From Rhodospirillaceae bacterium (GTDB taxonomy: Bacteria > Pseudomonadota > Alphaproteobacteria > Rhodospirillales > Rhodospirillaceae), in contig JAQWRV010000029.1 in the NCBI GenBank assembly GCA_029243545.1, positions 34,295 to 98,294 of the forward strand: a stretch of 64,000 bases of DNA, given 5' to 3'. The notes beneath the pieces are model-generated. The model did no database searches, was not told the origin of the DNA, and saw only the letters and a program-made list of their open reading frames with translations. The translations under genes and the position numbers were made by a program. Shown piece after piece: positions 1 to 8,686 of this stretch; within the stretch, counting starts at the first letter, position 1; every line of letters starts with the position of its first letter.

Positions 1-363
1 CTCTTCTGGCGTGGACGGCGTTCACATACTCAAAATATGAAGAACGATCAGCGGCTGTAGGAGCGACTGACGGGCCAACTTAGTCTTTAGTGTGCTATCG
101 CCACTTTGAAGTCTGTACGCGATTTACTGGCACAGCTTTTTTGTTAGTCGGTGCGGGTGCAACTTGGGCCAGTTGGCGGCTGCCTTTATAGGCTTTCCAC
201 CAGTGGCGCATAGAGATGGCGATGGGTTGGGCCCATGTCTAAAGACGATATAGTCACTCAGGTCCTTAGTGTCTTCCATGGTTGTCAGGTGCAATGCCGG
301 GCAATTGCGTTCGGTGTTAAACCAGAACTTAAAGAACGCGTCGCCAGCTGATGCAAATATAAT

Positions 364-825
364 TTAGGTATCACGGTCTAACGTGACCATTGCTTCGATA
401 TCCCGGTCCGCCAGATTGGCTGCCAAAATCAATTTTATGACCCGTATGTCTAAAGGATCGTCAGTTTCTGAGTCCGAGGCATACGATGCAACTGCATCAT
501 TAAAGCGCTTTTCCATGTTGAACAGGCCCTCCGGGCCAAATGGTCGTGCAGCCAATTCTGGGCCGAGCATGAGAAATCCTGAGAACGCAGCCAGGTCCAT
601 GAGGTGGGGGTCGATTTTGCCCTTGGATTCGCCGAATTCCTGCGCCCATTGGAATAACAATTGCCGGACGCCGCCATCGATGGGCCGGGTGTCAACATCT
701 AGAGCCGCCCATTCGCGGTCTAGTACACTAAAGGCCCATTTCCTCTTACTACCGAAGCCAAGGAAATCGAGATTAAACACCATGGTAGATGACCCTAAAC
801 AAGCGACCCCTGAGTTGCCTGGCAA
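364..825 (-). CDS. hypothetical protein (acidic, no recognisable motif); start may be ATG at 783 rather than TTG at 825
   Basis: The minus-strand ORF has ordinary protein composition. The overlapping plus-strand ORF 383..925 is Ser/Arg/Ala-rich, as expected for an antisense artefact. Co-directional with modBC. Confidence 0.45.
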   Translation of the reverse strand: MPGNSGVACLGSSTMVFNLDFLGFGSKRKWAFSVLDREWAALDVDTRPIDGGVRQLLFQWAQEFGESKGKIDPHLMDLAAFSGFLMLGPELAARPFGPEGLFNMEKRFNDAVASYASDSETDDPLDIRVIKLILAANLADRDIEAMVTLDRDT

Positions 826-991
826 TCAGGAGTGCCGCCAAGTGCGGCGCGACCTTTCGCTGGGAGCCGAGCAATGCCGGCATAAAGGCCTCGCCTTTGG
901 TGGCACGGCTGGCAACGCCGTCTGATGCCTGCGACTGCGGGTATGGGCAGATTGGCCCGCCAGGCGTGGCGAAATTCTAGCCGACTGATTT

Positions 992-2113
992 TCACGACAA
1001 ACCGACGCGGTTCTGATCGAGCGATACGGCCTTAATGAGAGCATAAACAGGCATATTCGTTTGTAACGCAAGGCGTTCAGCAGCGAGCCGCGTCACCTGC
1101 GCCCACAAATGGACCGGCTTCTTGGTCGATGCAATGTTCACTTGTACATCGACCACCGGCCGCCTGGGCGGTTCCAGTATAGATGTAATATTCCCTGATA
1201 TGATGTTGAGAACACTGAGGTTGTCCGGTCTCTCCAGGGCGAGGGCGACGTCCTGTGGCCGGACTTGAATACGAACGTGTGTCCCTTCTACCAGATCGAG
1301 TTTCGGCACCATCATGGTCTGTCCGGAGAGGGACAAACGGGTCAGCCCATGTGCTTTTTCATGACCGGCCACGGTTGCCGCTAGGACAGAACCGGTGTCG
1401 CCACCTTCGGCCAGGGGCGAGAGGTCCATCTGGCCTGTGATGTCTTCCACGGATCCAAAGGCCTTGATTTCCCCTTTTTCGAGTACGGCCATCCAGGTTG
1501 CCAAGCGGCGGATTTCTCCCAAGCTGTGCGACACGTACAAGATTGGCAGGTCAAGATTATGACGGAGGCCTTCAAGGTAGGGCAGGATTTCCGACTTCCG
1601 GTCTGCGTCGAGGGCGGCAAGGGGCTCATCGAGAAGCAACAGGCGCGGATTGGCTAGTAGCGCTCTCCCGATGGCAACGCGTTGACTCTCTCCGCCCGAC
1701 AAGCCGTGGACACTACGATCCAACAGACTGGCAAGGTCGAGCATGGTGACGATGGAATCGAATGCGAGCGCTTTGCTTACTGGTGGCGGATTAAAGCGCC
1801 GGCCAAACATCAGATTGCCTTGCACGTTTAGGTGAGGAAACAGGCGAGTGTCTTGAAAGACATAGCCGATCCGCCGTTGTTCCGGCGGGATCCACGCACC
1901 GTGCCGCGTATCGCACAATACTGCCGATCCTACTTGTATACGGACGTAATCGGGACGCAATAATCCCGCGACAACCTTGAGCAACGTCGTCTTACCTGAA
2001 CCCGAGCGGCCAAACACAGCCGTCACGCCGGTATCTGGCGTTTTCAACGTCACGTCTAGGCGGAAATCATCCGGCCGATCGACGAACCTATGTCCGGCTT
2101 TTACATCTAGCAT
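992..2113 (-). CDS. modC: molybdate ABC transporter ATP-binding protein ModC
   Basis: Walker A GRSGSGKTT, ABC signature LSGGESQRV, Walker B LLLLDEP, and a C-terminal TOBE/Mop-like domain. Start trimmed to ATG 2113 (MLDVKAG...), 5 nt after the modB stop. Confidence 0.85.
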   Translation of the reverse strand: MLDVKAGHRFVDRPDDFRLDVTLKTPDTGVTAVFGRSGSGKTTLLKVVAGLLRPDYVRIQVGSAVLCDTRHGAWIPPEQRRIGYVFQDTRLFPHLNVQGNLMFGRRFNPPPVSKALAFDSIVTMLDLASLLDRSVHGLSGGESQRVAIGRALLANPRLLLLDEPLAALDADRKSEILPYLEGLRHNLDLPILYVSHSLGEIRRLATWMAVLEKGEIKAFGSVEDITGQMDLSPLAEGGDTGSVLAATVAGHEKAHGLTRLSLSGQTMMVPKLDLVEGTHVRIQVRPQDVALALERPDNLSVLNIISGNITSILEPPRRPVVDVQVNIASTKKPVHLWAQVTRLAAERLALQTNMPVYALIKAVSLDQNRVGLS

Positions 2114-2118
2114 GACAA

Positions 2119-2811
2119 TCAACCACGCCTTTGGGTGTAGGTCCGTCTTGTAAGCCATTCCGACAAGATCAATGCACCGAGAGCCAGGACGAGCGACATC
2201 ATGACCAGGCGCATGGCGATCGGATCGCTGCCAGGGCTCTGTGTCGCCGTGTACAGAGCCAAAGGCAGTGTTTGGGTTTCTCCCGGAATGTTGGCGGCAA
2301 AGGTAATGGTCGCGCCAAACTCACCAAGAGCTCTGGAGAAGAACAGCAATGCCCCAGTTAAGACCCCGGGCATGACGATGGGGAGCGTTACGGCGAAAAA
2401 CGCTTGCCGCTTGTTGGCGCCCAGAGTGAGGGCGGCTTCATCCAGGCGCGGGTCGACCGCCTCCAGAGCCTGCCGTATGGGGCGCACAAACAATGGAAAG
2501 GCGACAACCGAGGCTGCAATCGCCGCTCCTTGCCAGGTAAACACCAAGCCGATGCCAAACCAATCATTTAGCCAGATGCCGATGAGGCCTTGCCGGCCAA
2601 GTAACACCAGAAGCAGATAGCCAATGACGACAGGGGGAACGACCAACGGTACGTGGATGAGGGCATTGAAGACGGCCTTGCCCCTGAATTCCGTGCGTGC
2701 GAGCAGCCAGGCAGACCCCAGGGCAAGAGGCAGGGTCCAGATAAGGCTCCATAACGACACCTTGAGGCTGACTTGAAGCGCTTCCAGTTCAAGGCCCGTC
2801 AAACCAAGCAT
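2119..2811 (-). CDS. modB: molybdate ABC transporter permease ModB
   Basis: Polytopic membrane protein with the ModB-typical GEFGATITFAANIPGETQTLPLALY segment and an EAA-loop-like region. Confidence 0.9.
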   Translation of the reverse strand: MLGLTGLELEALQVSLKVSLWSLIWTLPLALGSAWLLARTEFRGKAVFNALIHVPLVVPPVVIGYLLLVLLGRQGLIGIWLNDWFGIGLVFTWQGAAIAASVVAFPLFVRPIRQALEAVDPRLDEAALTLGANKRQAFFAVTLPIVMPGVLTGALLFFSRALGEFGATITFAANIPGETQTLPLALYTATQSPGSDPIAMRLVMMSLVLALGALILSEWLTRRTYTQRRG

Positions 2812-2815
2812 GCCG

Positions 2816-3043
2816 CTAACGCTCCACGCTTGCCGGCGTCATTGCCGCCATGGCTTGATCCAGGTCAGCCATAAGGTCTATCGGGTCCTCAAGTCCTACA
2901 TGAAGGGAGACGACTGTCGAAACACGAAAAACTGGCGGGTTAACCGCGCCGTCAAAACGCTCAGGGTGACTACCGCCGTGAACAAGGCGGGTATCCAGTC
3001 TTTTCGGCTCTTTATGACCCGCCACAAGTGTTCCCCTAAACAT
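2816..3043 (-). pseudogene. collapsed Cys/Met-metabolism PLP enzyme (cystathionine beta-lyase-like): N-terminus fused in frame to C-terminus, 75 codons
   Basis: Residues 16-45 (LDTRLVHGGSHPERFDGAVNPPVFRVSTVV) match the MetC-type N-terminus. Residues 46-66 (SLHVGLEDPIDLMADLDQAMA) match the family C-terminal LIRLHIGLEDxxDLIADL signature. The roughly 300-residue catalytic core, including the PLP lysine, is absent. Confidence 0.6.
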
Positions 3044-3100
3044 CCCTCGGGGGCATTGTGGCGTGTTAGGTCCGAAAACGAAAGCGGACCTGCTTTGACG

Positions 3101-3682
3101 TCAGGCTGCGTCTGCGGTTGGACCTAGCTGATGCAGAGCGGCGAGCGGATTGGACTCAATATCGGTGGCGATCGTCGCATTCCATTTGTTGAGGAAGCCG
3201 AACAGGGCAATGATGGAGACGATCTCGCAGATCTGATTGTCGTCGTAATACTTCTTCATCTCATCAAAGTCCGCATCTGTGACTTCAACGGGGGCATGGC
3301 CGGCACCCTGAGCAACCCGAAGCGCTGCGCGCTCAGAATCAGAGAACAGCGGGCTGCTTTCGTACTCCCAAAGGGCCTTGATCTTGTCTTCGCCGAGGCC
3401 AGCCTTTTCAGCGCCGTGCAACGTGTGGGACTGGCAATAGGTACAGCCTGACGCGGTACTGGTGATAATCGATACCATGCGCTTGAGTTCGTTGGAGACG
3501 AGACCGTCTTTGCCGTAGATCGCCCAGGTCAGACCGGCCAAACCTTCTATGAGTCCTGGAACCCGAGCCAAAGTAAGGCCGTCATTGGCTTTAAAGCCCA
3601 TGCGGGCGACACCCATTTTCATTTTTTCGCGGAGATCTTCCGGCAACTCTTCCACATCGAGGGGTTCTATACGGGGCATCAC
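3101..3682 (-). CDS. carboxymuconolactone decarboxylase / AhpD-like family protein with CxxC
   Basis: 193 aa with an AhpD-like pattern, including the redox motif SGCTYCQSH. Confidence 0.8.
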   Translation of the reverse strand: MMPRIEPLDVEELPEDLREKMKMGVARMGFKANDGLTLARVPGLIEGLAGLTWAIYGKDGLVSNELKRMVSIITSTASGCTYCQSHTLHGAEKAGLGEDKIKALWEYESSPLFSDSERAALRVAQGAGHAPVEVTDADFDEMKKYYDDNQICEIVSIIALFGFLNKWNATIATDIESNPLAALHQLGPTADAA

Positions 3683-3703
3683 GCGCCTCCTGTTTTGGTA
3701 TTG

Positions 3704-4573
3704 TTAGTCTGCAGTACCGGTGGTCACGGGGGTGTCTGGATCGCTGCCCCAGTCCACCCAAGACCCATCGTAAATAGCGACGTCGTCTTTGCCGAGGAGA
3801 TGGGCTGCTAAGGCTACGGTGCAGGCGGTGACGCCAGAGCCGCATGTGGTGGCCATCGGCTTTGACAGATCAACTCCAGCGTCGGTGAAGTCAGCCGCAA
3901 GGCTGCTAGCGGGCTTGAAGGTATTGTTGTCCGCATTGAACAGCGTCCCGAAAGGGATATTGCGGCTGCCGGGTATATGCCCGGACTTTAGGCCTGCGCG
4001 CGGTTCCGGGTCGGACCCAGCGAAGCGCCCGGCAGAGCGAGCATCTACAACTTGGTACGCCGGCTTGTCGATATTCGCAAGGATGTCCGCTTTTGAAAGC
4101 ACCTGATCCAAGGCTTCCTGAGACGCCGCGAAGGTTTTAGCGGGTTTTTCGGTGATCTCTTGGGTGAGGGGGCGGCCTTCCGCTTTCCATTTGGCAAAGC
4201 CGCCGTCCAATACGGCTACCCTCCCGTGCCCGAAGGCTTTGAACATCCACCATACACGAGCTGCTGCACAGCCGCCGCCCATGGCGTCATAGGCGATGAC
4301 GAAAGAGCCATTGCCTATCCCCAAAGCCCCAACCTTGACGCCGAAAACGGCGGCCGACGGCATGGTGTGGTCTTGCTCCGCATCTGGGTCGGCAACCTTA
4401 TTGATATCGAAGTAGATCGACGCCGGAATATGGCCCTCTGCGTACTTTTCTTTGGCTGGTGCAGTACCGCCAGGGACAAAAAATGACGCGTCAACTATGA
4501 CCAAATCACTGTCTTCCATGTGTTCCGCAAGCCATCCGGTCGAGACCAGCGCCTCCGGATTAACATAATGCAT
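3704..4573 (-). CDS. sseA: 3-mercaptopyruvate sulfurtransferase (tandem rhodanese)
   Basis: Two rhodanese domains. The active-site loop CGSGVTA is typical of MST rather than thiosulfate sulfurtransferase. Confidence 0.85.
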   Translation of the reverse strand: MHYVNPEALVSTGWLAEHMEDSDLVIVDASFFVPGGTAPAKEKYAEGHIPASIYFDINKVADPDAEQDHTMPSAAVFGVKVGALGIGNGSFVIAYDAMGGGCAAARVWWMFKAFGHGRVAVLDGGFAKWKAEGRPLTQEITEKPAKTFAASQEALDQVLSKADILANIDKPAYQVVDARSAGRFAGSDPEPRAGLKSGHIPGSRNIPFGTLFNADNNTFKPASSLAADFTDAGVDLSKPMATTCGSGVTACTVALAAHLLGKDDVAIYDGSWVDWGSDPDTPVTTGTAD

Positions 4574-4631
4574 TGAAAGCTATCCTTTAACCTAGTTCTA
4601 TCTTTTTGGGCTATCTTCTTAACCTAATCTC

Positions 4632-5621
4632 TTATGCCATCCAGGGCGGAACAGGGAGGTCCTTGGACCTAAGGAAATCGGGGTTGAAAATTTTACTTTG
4701 ATAGCGGCTGCCGTAATCGCACAAAATCGTGACGACATTGGCGCCTGGCCCCATTTTCTTACCAACGCGGATAGCCGCTGCCACGTTGATCCCGGTTGAT
4801 CCGCCCATCACCAGACCGTCATGCAGAACAAGGTTATAGATGGCATCCAGCGCCTCGGGGTCGAGGATGCGCTCAGCATCGTCCAACGGGGCATCTTTGA
4901 GGTTTAGCGTCACCCGGCCCTGGCCAATGCCTTCGGTGATGGAATTACCTTCAGAGGTCAGTTCGCCGGTTTTGATGAAGTCATGAATTACCGAGCCACC
5001 AGGATCGGCGGCGACGATAAGAACATCTTTGGACCGTTCCTTCAGCGCAATTGAAGTGCCGGCCAGGGTTCCGCCAGTGCCGACGGCCGTTGTGAAGGCA
5101 TCAACCTTGCCGTCGAGGTCATTCCAAATCTCCGGGCCCGTGGTTTGAATGTGGCTTTCTCGATTAGACGTGTTGTCAAACTGATTACAGAAATAGCCGT
5201 CGACTTCTTCAGCGAGGCGCTTGGCAACATGGACATAGTTTTTGGGGTCTTTGTAAGGAACAGCGGGCACTTCGCGTAGCTCAGCCCCGCAAGCCCGGAC
5301 GGTATCTTTCTTTTCCTGGGATTGGGTGTCAGGCATGACGATGATCGACTTGTAGCCCAGTGCATTGCCAACCAAGGCCACGCCGATGCCGGTATTGCCG
5401 CCAGTGGCCTCAACCAGAATGCCGCCGGGCTGTATGAGCCCGCGCTTCTCGGCGTCACGGATCATGAATAGGGCGGCGCGGTCCTTCACGGACCCGCCAG
5501 GGTTCATGAACTCCGCCTTGCCGTAAATGTTGGCGCCGGACACCTCGGACGGCCAGGTCAAGCGGATCAGGGGCGTATTGCCGATGGCGTCTATAAAATC
5601 GCTGCGTACTGGAGTTTTCAT
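4632..5621 (-). CDS. PLP-dependent cysteine synthase family protein (CysK/CBS-like)
   Basis: PLP-lysine motif GGSVKDR, GGNTGIG loop, and a tryptophan-synthase-beta-like fold pattern over 329 aa. Confidence 0.85.
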   Translation of the reverse strand: MKTPVRSDFIDAIGNTPLIRLTWPSEVSGANIYGKAEFMNPGGSVKDRAALFMIRDAEKRGLIQPGGILVEATGGNTGIGVALVGNALGYKSIIVMPDTQSQEKKDTVRACGAELREVPAVPYKDPKNYVHVAKRLAEEVDGYFCNQFDNTSNRESHIQTTGPEIWNDLDGKVDAFTTAVGTGGTLAGTSIALKERSKDVLIVAADPGGSVIHDFIKTGELTSEGNSITEGIGQGRVTLNLKDAPLDDAERILDPEALDAIYNLVLHDGLVMGGSTGINVAAAIRVGKKMGPGANVVTILCDYGSRYQSKIFNPDFLRSKDLPVPPWMA

Positions 5622-6023
5622 GAAGGTTTCACAGGGGTATTACAATGGGGGCAGTGTTACGTCCCTCACCTTAAGACTATGCTGAAATACATCCAAGGGC
5701 CGGGATCTCACATCTCGGTTAGCGGCTGCCGGAGAGAAGGGTCGTCGAATATGGCCGATACATTTAAAAAGTAACCCCAGCGGCCTTAATAGACTTTCTA
5801 AACACATATATTTCTTTGCAAGTCGCGAAACGCTCATTGTCTCAACAAACATAAGTTTCGACTTAGATTTAGAGAAACTCCTTCAGCATCACAGCATATA
5901 TGCGGCAGCCGGCAAAAAAGGCATGCGGAATGTCTCGCACAGATGCTGTTGATATCATTATTGGAGCCGCTGCCGCGCCTATCATAAGGTCAGAGTCTTC
6001 ACGGTATTAACCAGGGGTACCCC

Positions 6024-7031
6024 ATGGAACTTTCCTTCTCACGGCAACATTTTATGCGCTTAGGCCTTGCTGCTGGTTTGGCTGGCTTGGCAGGCGCCGC
6101 CGCGCCGCGTTTGGCGCGCGCTCAGACGGCACGGCCTCTGCTGAGCCGCATTAAAACTGTGACTATCGGTGCGCCGGACGTGGATGTTATCGCCAAGCAC
6201 TACAGTTCATTGCTGAACTACAGCGTGGTTGAAGAGGGCGCGGTCGCCATTGATCTGGCCCTTTCCTGGGGTACGCCCAACAGTGCCGGGCGCAAATTCA
6301 TCGTCATGCAGCCGGAAACCGGCGAGGACGCGTTCGTCCGGGCTGTGGAGATTGATCAGCCAGACGGGTTTAAGGCCATCACCACCTGGGGCTGGAACTC
6401 CATGGAGTTCGTTGTCGATGACATTGAGCGGGTGCATGAACGGATTAAGGCCTCACCGTTGGAAATCCTGGGTGCACCAGCCCTTTTGGGTGCCTTCCCA
6501 ACCATCGGGGCCATGCAGGTGCGTGGGCCGGCTGAAGAAGTCCTGCATCTAACCGTTGAGACTGGCGAGCGTTCGGCTTCGATCCTGCCGCTGCCTGGTG
6601 ACGATGTGGGGCGGCTAATTATCACCATTTTGGCTGTGCCCGACGTGGCGGCGGTCAATGACTGGTATGCGGTAATGTTCGGCATGACCAAAACCCCAGT
6701 CCGCAATGACCCCATTGCTGTCGTCAACACTGCCCAGGGCATGCCGGCAGATCATGGCCTGGACGCGACCTTCCTCAGCATGGCCGAGCGGGGTAATTTT
6801 CTGGAGCTTTGGCAGTTAGACAAGGGCAAAACCACGGACCGGCCCCGCGCCTTTGGTCAGTTGCCGCCTGGAGTGGCCATGGCCAGCTTTTCGGTTCCTG
6901 ATCTAGACGTGATACCGGCACCGTTCCTCTCCTCACCGCATCAGGATGAGAGTCTGATTTACGGCAGCAACAGATCGGCGGTGTTTAGAGGGCCGGTGGG
7001 AGAGTTGGTGGAGCTAGTGGAAGAGCCATAA
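6024..7031 (+). CDS. exported two-domain VOC (glyoxalase/dioxygenase-like) family protein
   Basis: N-terminal signal peptide (SRQHFMRLGLAAGLAGLAGAAAPRLARA-Q). Two halves each resemble a VOC beta-alpha-beta-beta-beta module (IKTVTIGAPDVDVIAKHY..., LIITILAVPDVAAVNDWY...). Confidence 0.45.
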   Translation: MELSFSRQHFMRLGLAAGLAGLAGAAAPRLARAQTARPLLSRIKTVTIGAPDVDVIAKHYSSLLNYSVVEEGAVAIDLALSWGTPNSAGRKFIVMQPETGEDAFVRAVEIDQPDGFKAITTWGWNSMEFVVDDIERVHERIKASPLEILGAPALLGAFPTIGAMQVRGPAEEVLHLTVETGERSASILPLPGDDVGRLIITILAVPDVAAVNDWYAVMFGMTKTPVRNDPIAVVNTAQGMPADHGLDATFLSMAERGNFLELWQLDKGKTTDRPRAFGQLPPGVAMASFSVPDLDVIPAPFLSSPHQDESLIYGSNRSAVFRGPVGELVELVEEP

Positions 7032-7180
7032 ATATAGCAACGTATATATGACTGTCAGGCCCAGCGGGCTTAACACCCAAGGAAAATAGAGATTCAAAAT
7101 CAAGGGCTTAGGATTCTTTGTTGAGAGATTGATTCAACAGTGAGCGGATGCGCTAACCCATCAGCATGAACGTAGTGATC

Positions 7181-7225
7181 AGCGCAGCGGTAAAGACAAC
7201 GGCGGCAACCAAAGACCGCTGCGCT
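7181..7225. repeat. 11-bp perfect inverted repeat (AGCGCAGCGGT ... ACCGCTGCGCT) with 23-nt spacer between convergent genes
   Basis: Read directly: arms at 7181-7191 and 7215-7225. Lies between the VOC gene end (7031) and the dadA end (7284). No adjacent T-tract. Confidence 0.6.
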
Positions 7226-7283
7226 TCAGAGTCTAAAAATAGTTTACAAACAACACATTACGAATCAAAGCTAAGATATATAT

Positions 7284-8543
7284 TCAACGCGTGAATCTAT
7301 CCAGTCCTACCCCAGAGATATCGATTTCAGGGGTTCGCCCGGACACCAAATCAGTGATTACTTGGGCCGATCCACAGGCCATGGTCCAGCCCAGTGTGCC
7401 GTGGCCGGTGTTGAGGAATAGGTTCTCGTAGGGGGTCGACCCAATAATCGGCACGGAATCCGGCGTTGACGGGCGCAAGCCAGCCCAGGGCTTGATTTGG
7501 CTGTAATCTGCGGCATGTGGGAATAGTGCCCGGGTGCCGGCTATGATGGGAGACATGCGGTTGGGATTTATCGACCGGTCCCAGCCAGCCAACTCTGCTG
7601 TTCCACCGGCGCGAATACGGTTGCCCATGCGGGTGATGACCATGAACCGGGATTCATCCGTAATACTGCGCCGGGGCGCGGCCTCGCTGTCCGTTATCTC
7701 GGCCGTGAGGGAGTAGCCTTTAGCCGGGTAAATGGGCACAGACAGTCCGAGAGGCTTGAGCAGGGGCGCGGTGTCACTTCCGAGGCAGACGACAAAGGCA
7801 TCAGCCTCCATGGAACCAATGGTAGTTTCAATGCTTACTGTGTATTTGTCCTTGGCCGTTATCCCGGTGATATGTGTGTCGAATTGAAATGTGACGTTCT
7901 GTTGCCGGGCGACCACGGCCAGGGCCTCGGAAAAAGTATGGGCGTCGCCGGTTTCATCCTCTGGGCTCAAAATGCCGCCAACGATAGGGTCAGTGGATTG
8001 AGCCAAGGCGGGTTCTTCGGCTATGACTTGATCATGATCGAGGACCATTTGGGATAATCCATGGCCGCCCAGGCGAGCCGCCAGGTTCGCAGCCTCTGCC
8101 AATGCCTCCTTATCGTGATAAATGTATAGAAGGCCGCCAGTAGAGTGGTCGTATTTAAGATTGTGCCTCTGTCGCAGGGCCTTGAGCATTGCCCGGCTAT
8201 ACACCGCGATCCTAAGAGCCCGCTCCATGTTTAGCTCAAACCGACGGGATGTGCAGTTGGCTAGAAACTGCAAACACCAGCCCCATAACGCCGGATCCCA
8301 GCGCAGGGGATTAATGCGCAGAGGGGCGTCGGCCCGAAACATCAGAGAGAAAGCCTTAAATGGCATGTGCGGTGTGGCCCAGGGTGCCGCATGGCAGGCT
8401 GAAATCTGACCGCCGTTGGCGAAGCTGGTCTCCATCGCCGGACTGGGTTGACGGTCGATGACCGTAACTTCATGGCCCGCTGCGGCAAGGGCCTGGGCTG
8501 TGGTCACGCCAACCACACCGGCACCGAGTACGGCCACCTTCAC
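7284..8543 (-). CDS. dadA: D-amino acid dehydrogenase, FAD-dependent
   Basis: N-terminal dinucleotide-binding MKVAVLGAGVVGVTTA. DadA-like pattern throughout, 419 aa. Confidence 0.8.
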   Translation of the reverse strand: MKVAVLGAGVVGVTTAQALAAAGHEVTVIDRQPSPAMETSFANGGQISACHAAPWATPHMPFKAFSLMFRADAPLRINPLRWDPALWGWCLQFLANCTSRRFELNMERALRIAVYSRAMLKALRQRHNLKYDHSTGGLLYIYHDKEALAEAANLAARLGGHGLSQMVLDHDQVIAEEPALAQSTDPIVGGILSPEDETGDAHTFSEALAVVARQQNVTFQFDTHITGITAKDKYTVSIETTIGSMEADAFVVCLGSDTAPLLKPLGLSVPIYPAKGYSLTAEITDSEAAPRRSITDESRFMVITRMGNRIRAGGTAELAGWDRSINPNRMSPIIAGTRALFPHAADYSQIKPWAGLRPSTPDSVPIIGSTPYENLFLNTGHGTLGWTMACGSAQVITDLVSGRTPEIDISGVGLDRFTR

Positions 8544-8686
8544 CAGTGGCGCCTTTGGGCAAATGATGGATAGCGGTTTATCATAGCGGCGCTATATATA
8601 CGATCGGCAGGAGTTGCACCAACGCAAGTAGCGCAGATCTCACTTTAGAAAACATAATAATAGTATACTATGCAATAAAGAATGCT

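Noticed and set aside
1-83. Possible 3' end of a plus-strand gene entering the window (frame 3: LLAWTAFTYSKYEERSAAVGATDGPT*)
   Set aside because: Only 27 codons with no recognisable motif, so it cannot be supported from this fragment.
383-925. 180-aa plus-strand ORF
   Set aside because: Its Ser/Arg/Asn/Pro-rich composition looks non-coding. The overlapping minus-strand frame (364..825) looks like a real protein and is co-directional with modBC.
5622-6023. 400-bp leader upstream of the cysteine-synthase-like gene: possible riboswitch (SAM-II/SAM-V type) or the 70-aa ORF 5640..5852
   Set aside because: I could not find the conserved SAM-II core (AAAGCU pseudoknot context) or any other riboswitch signature I can recognise by eye. 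The 70-aa ORF has implausible composition. It needs an Rfam/Infernal scan before any claim.
7150-7236. Minus-strand hydrophobic mini-peptide (…SLVAAVVFTAALITTFMLMG*)
   Set aside because: There is no ATG, GTG or TTG start in frame after the upstream TAA. It overlaps the inverted repeat, which explains the sequence better.
8660-8671. 12-bp perfect palindrome ATAGTATACTAT in the dadA-nnr divergent promoter region, as a possible operator
   Set aside because: A 12-bp palindrome is expected about 16 times by chance in 64 kb, so on its own it is not evidence for a regulatory site.
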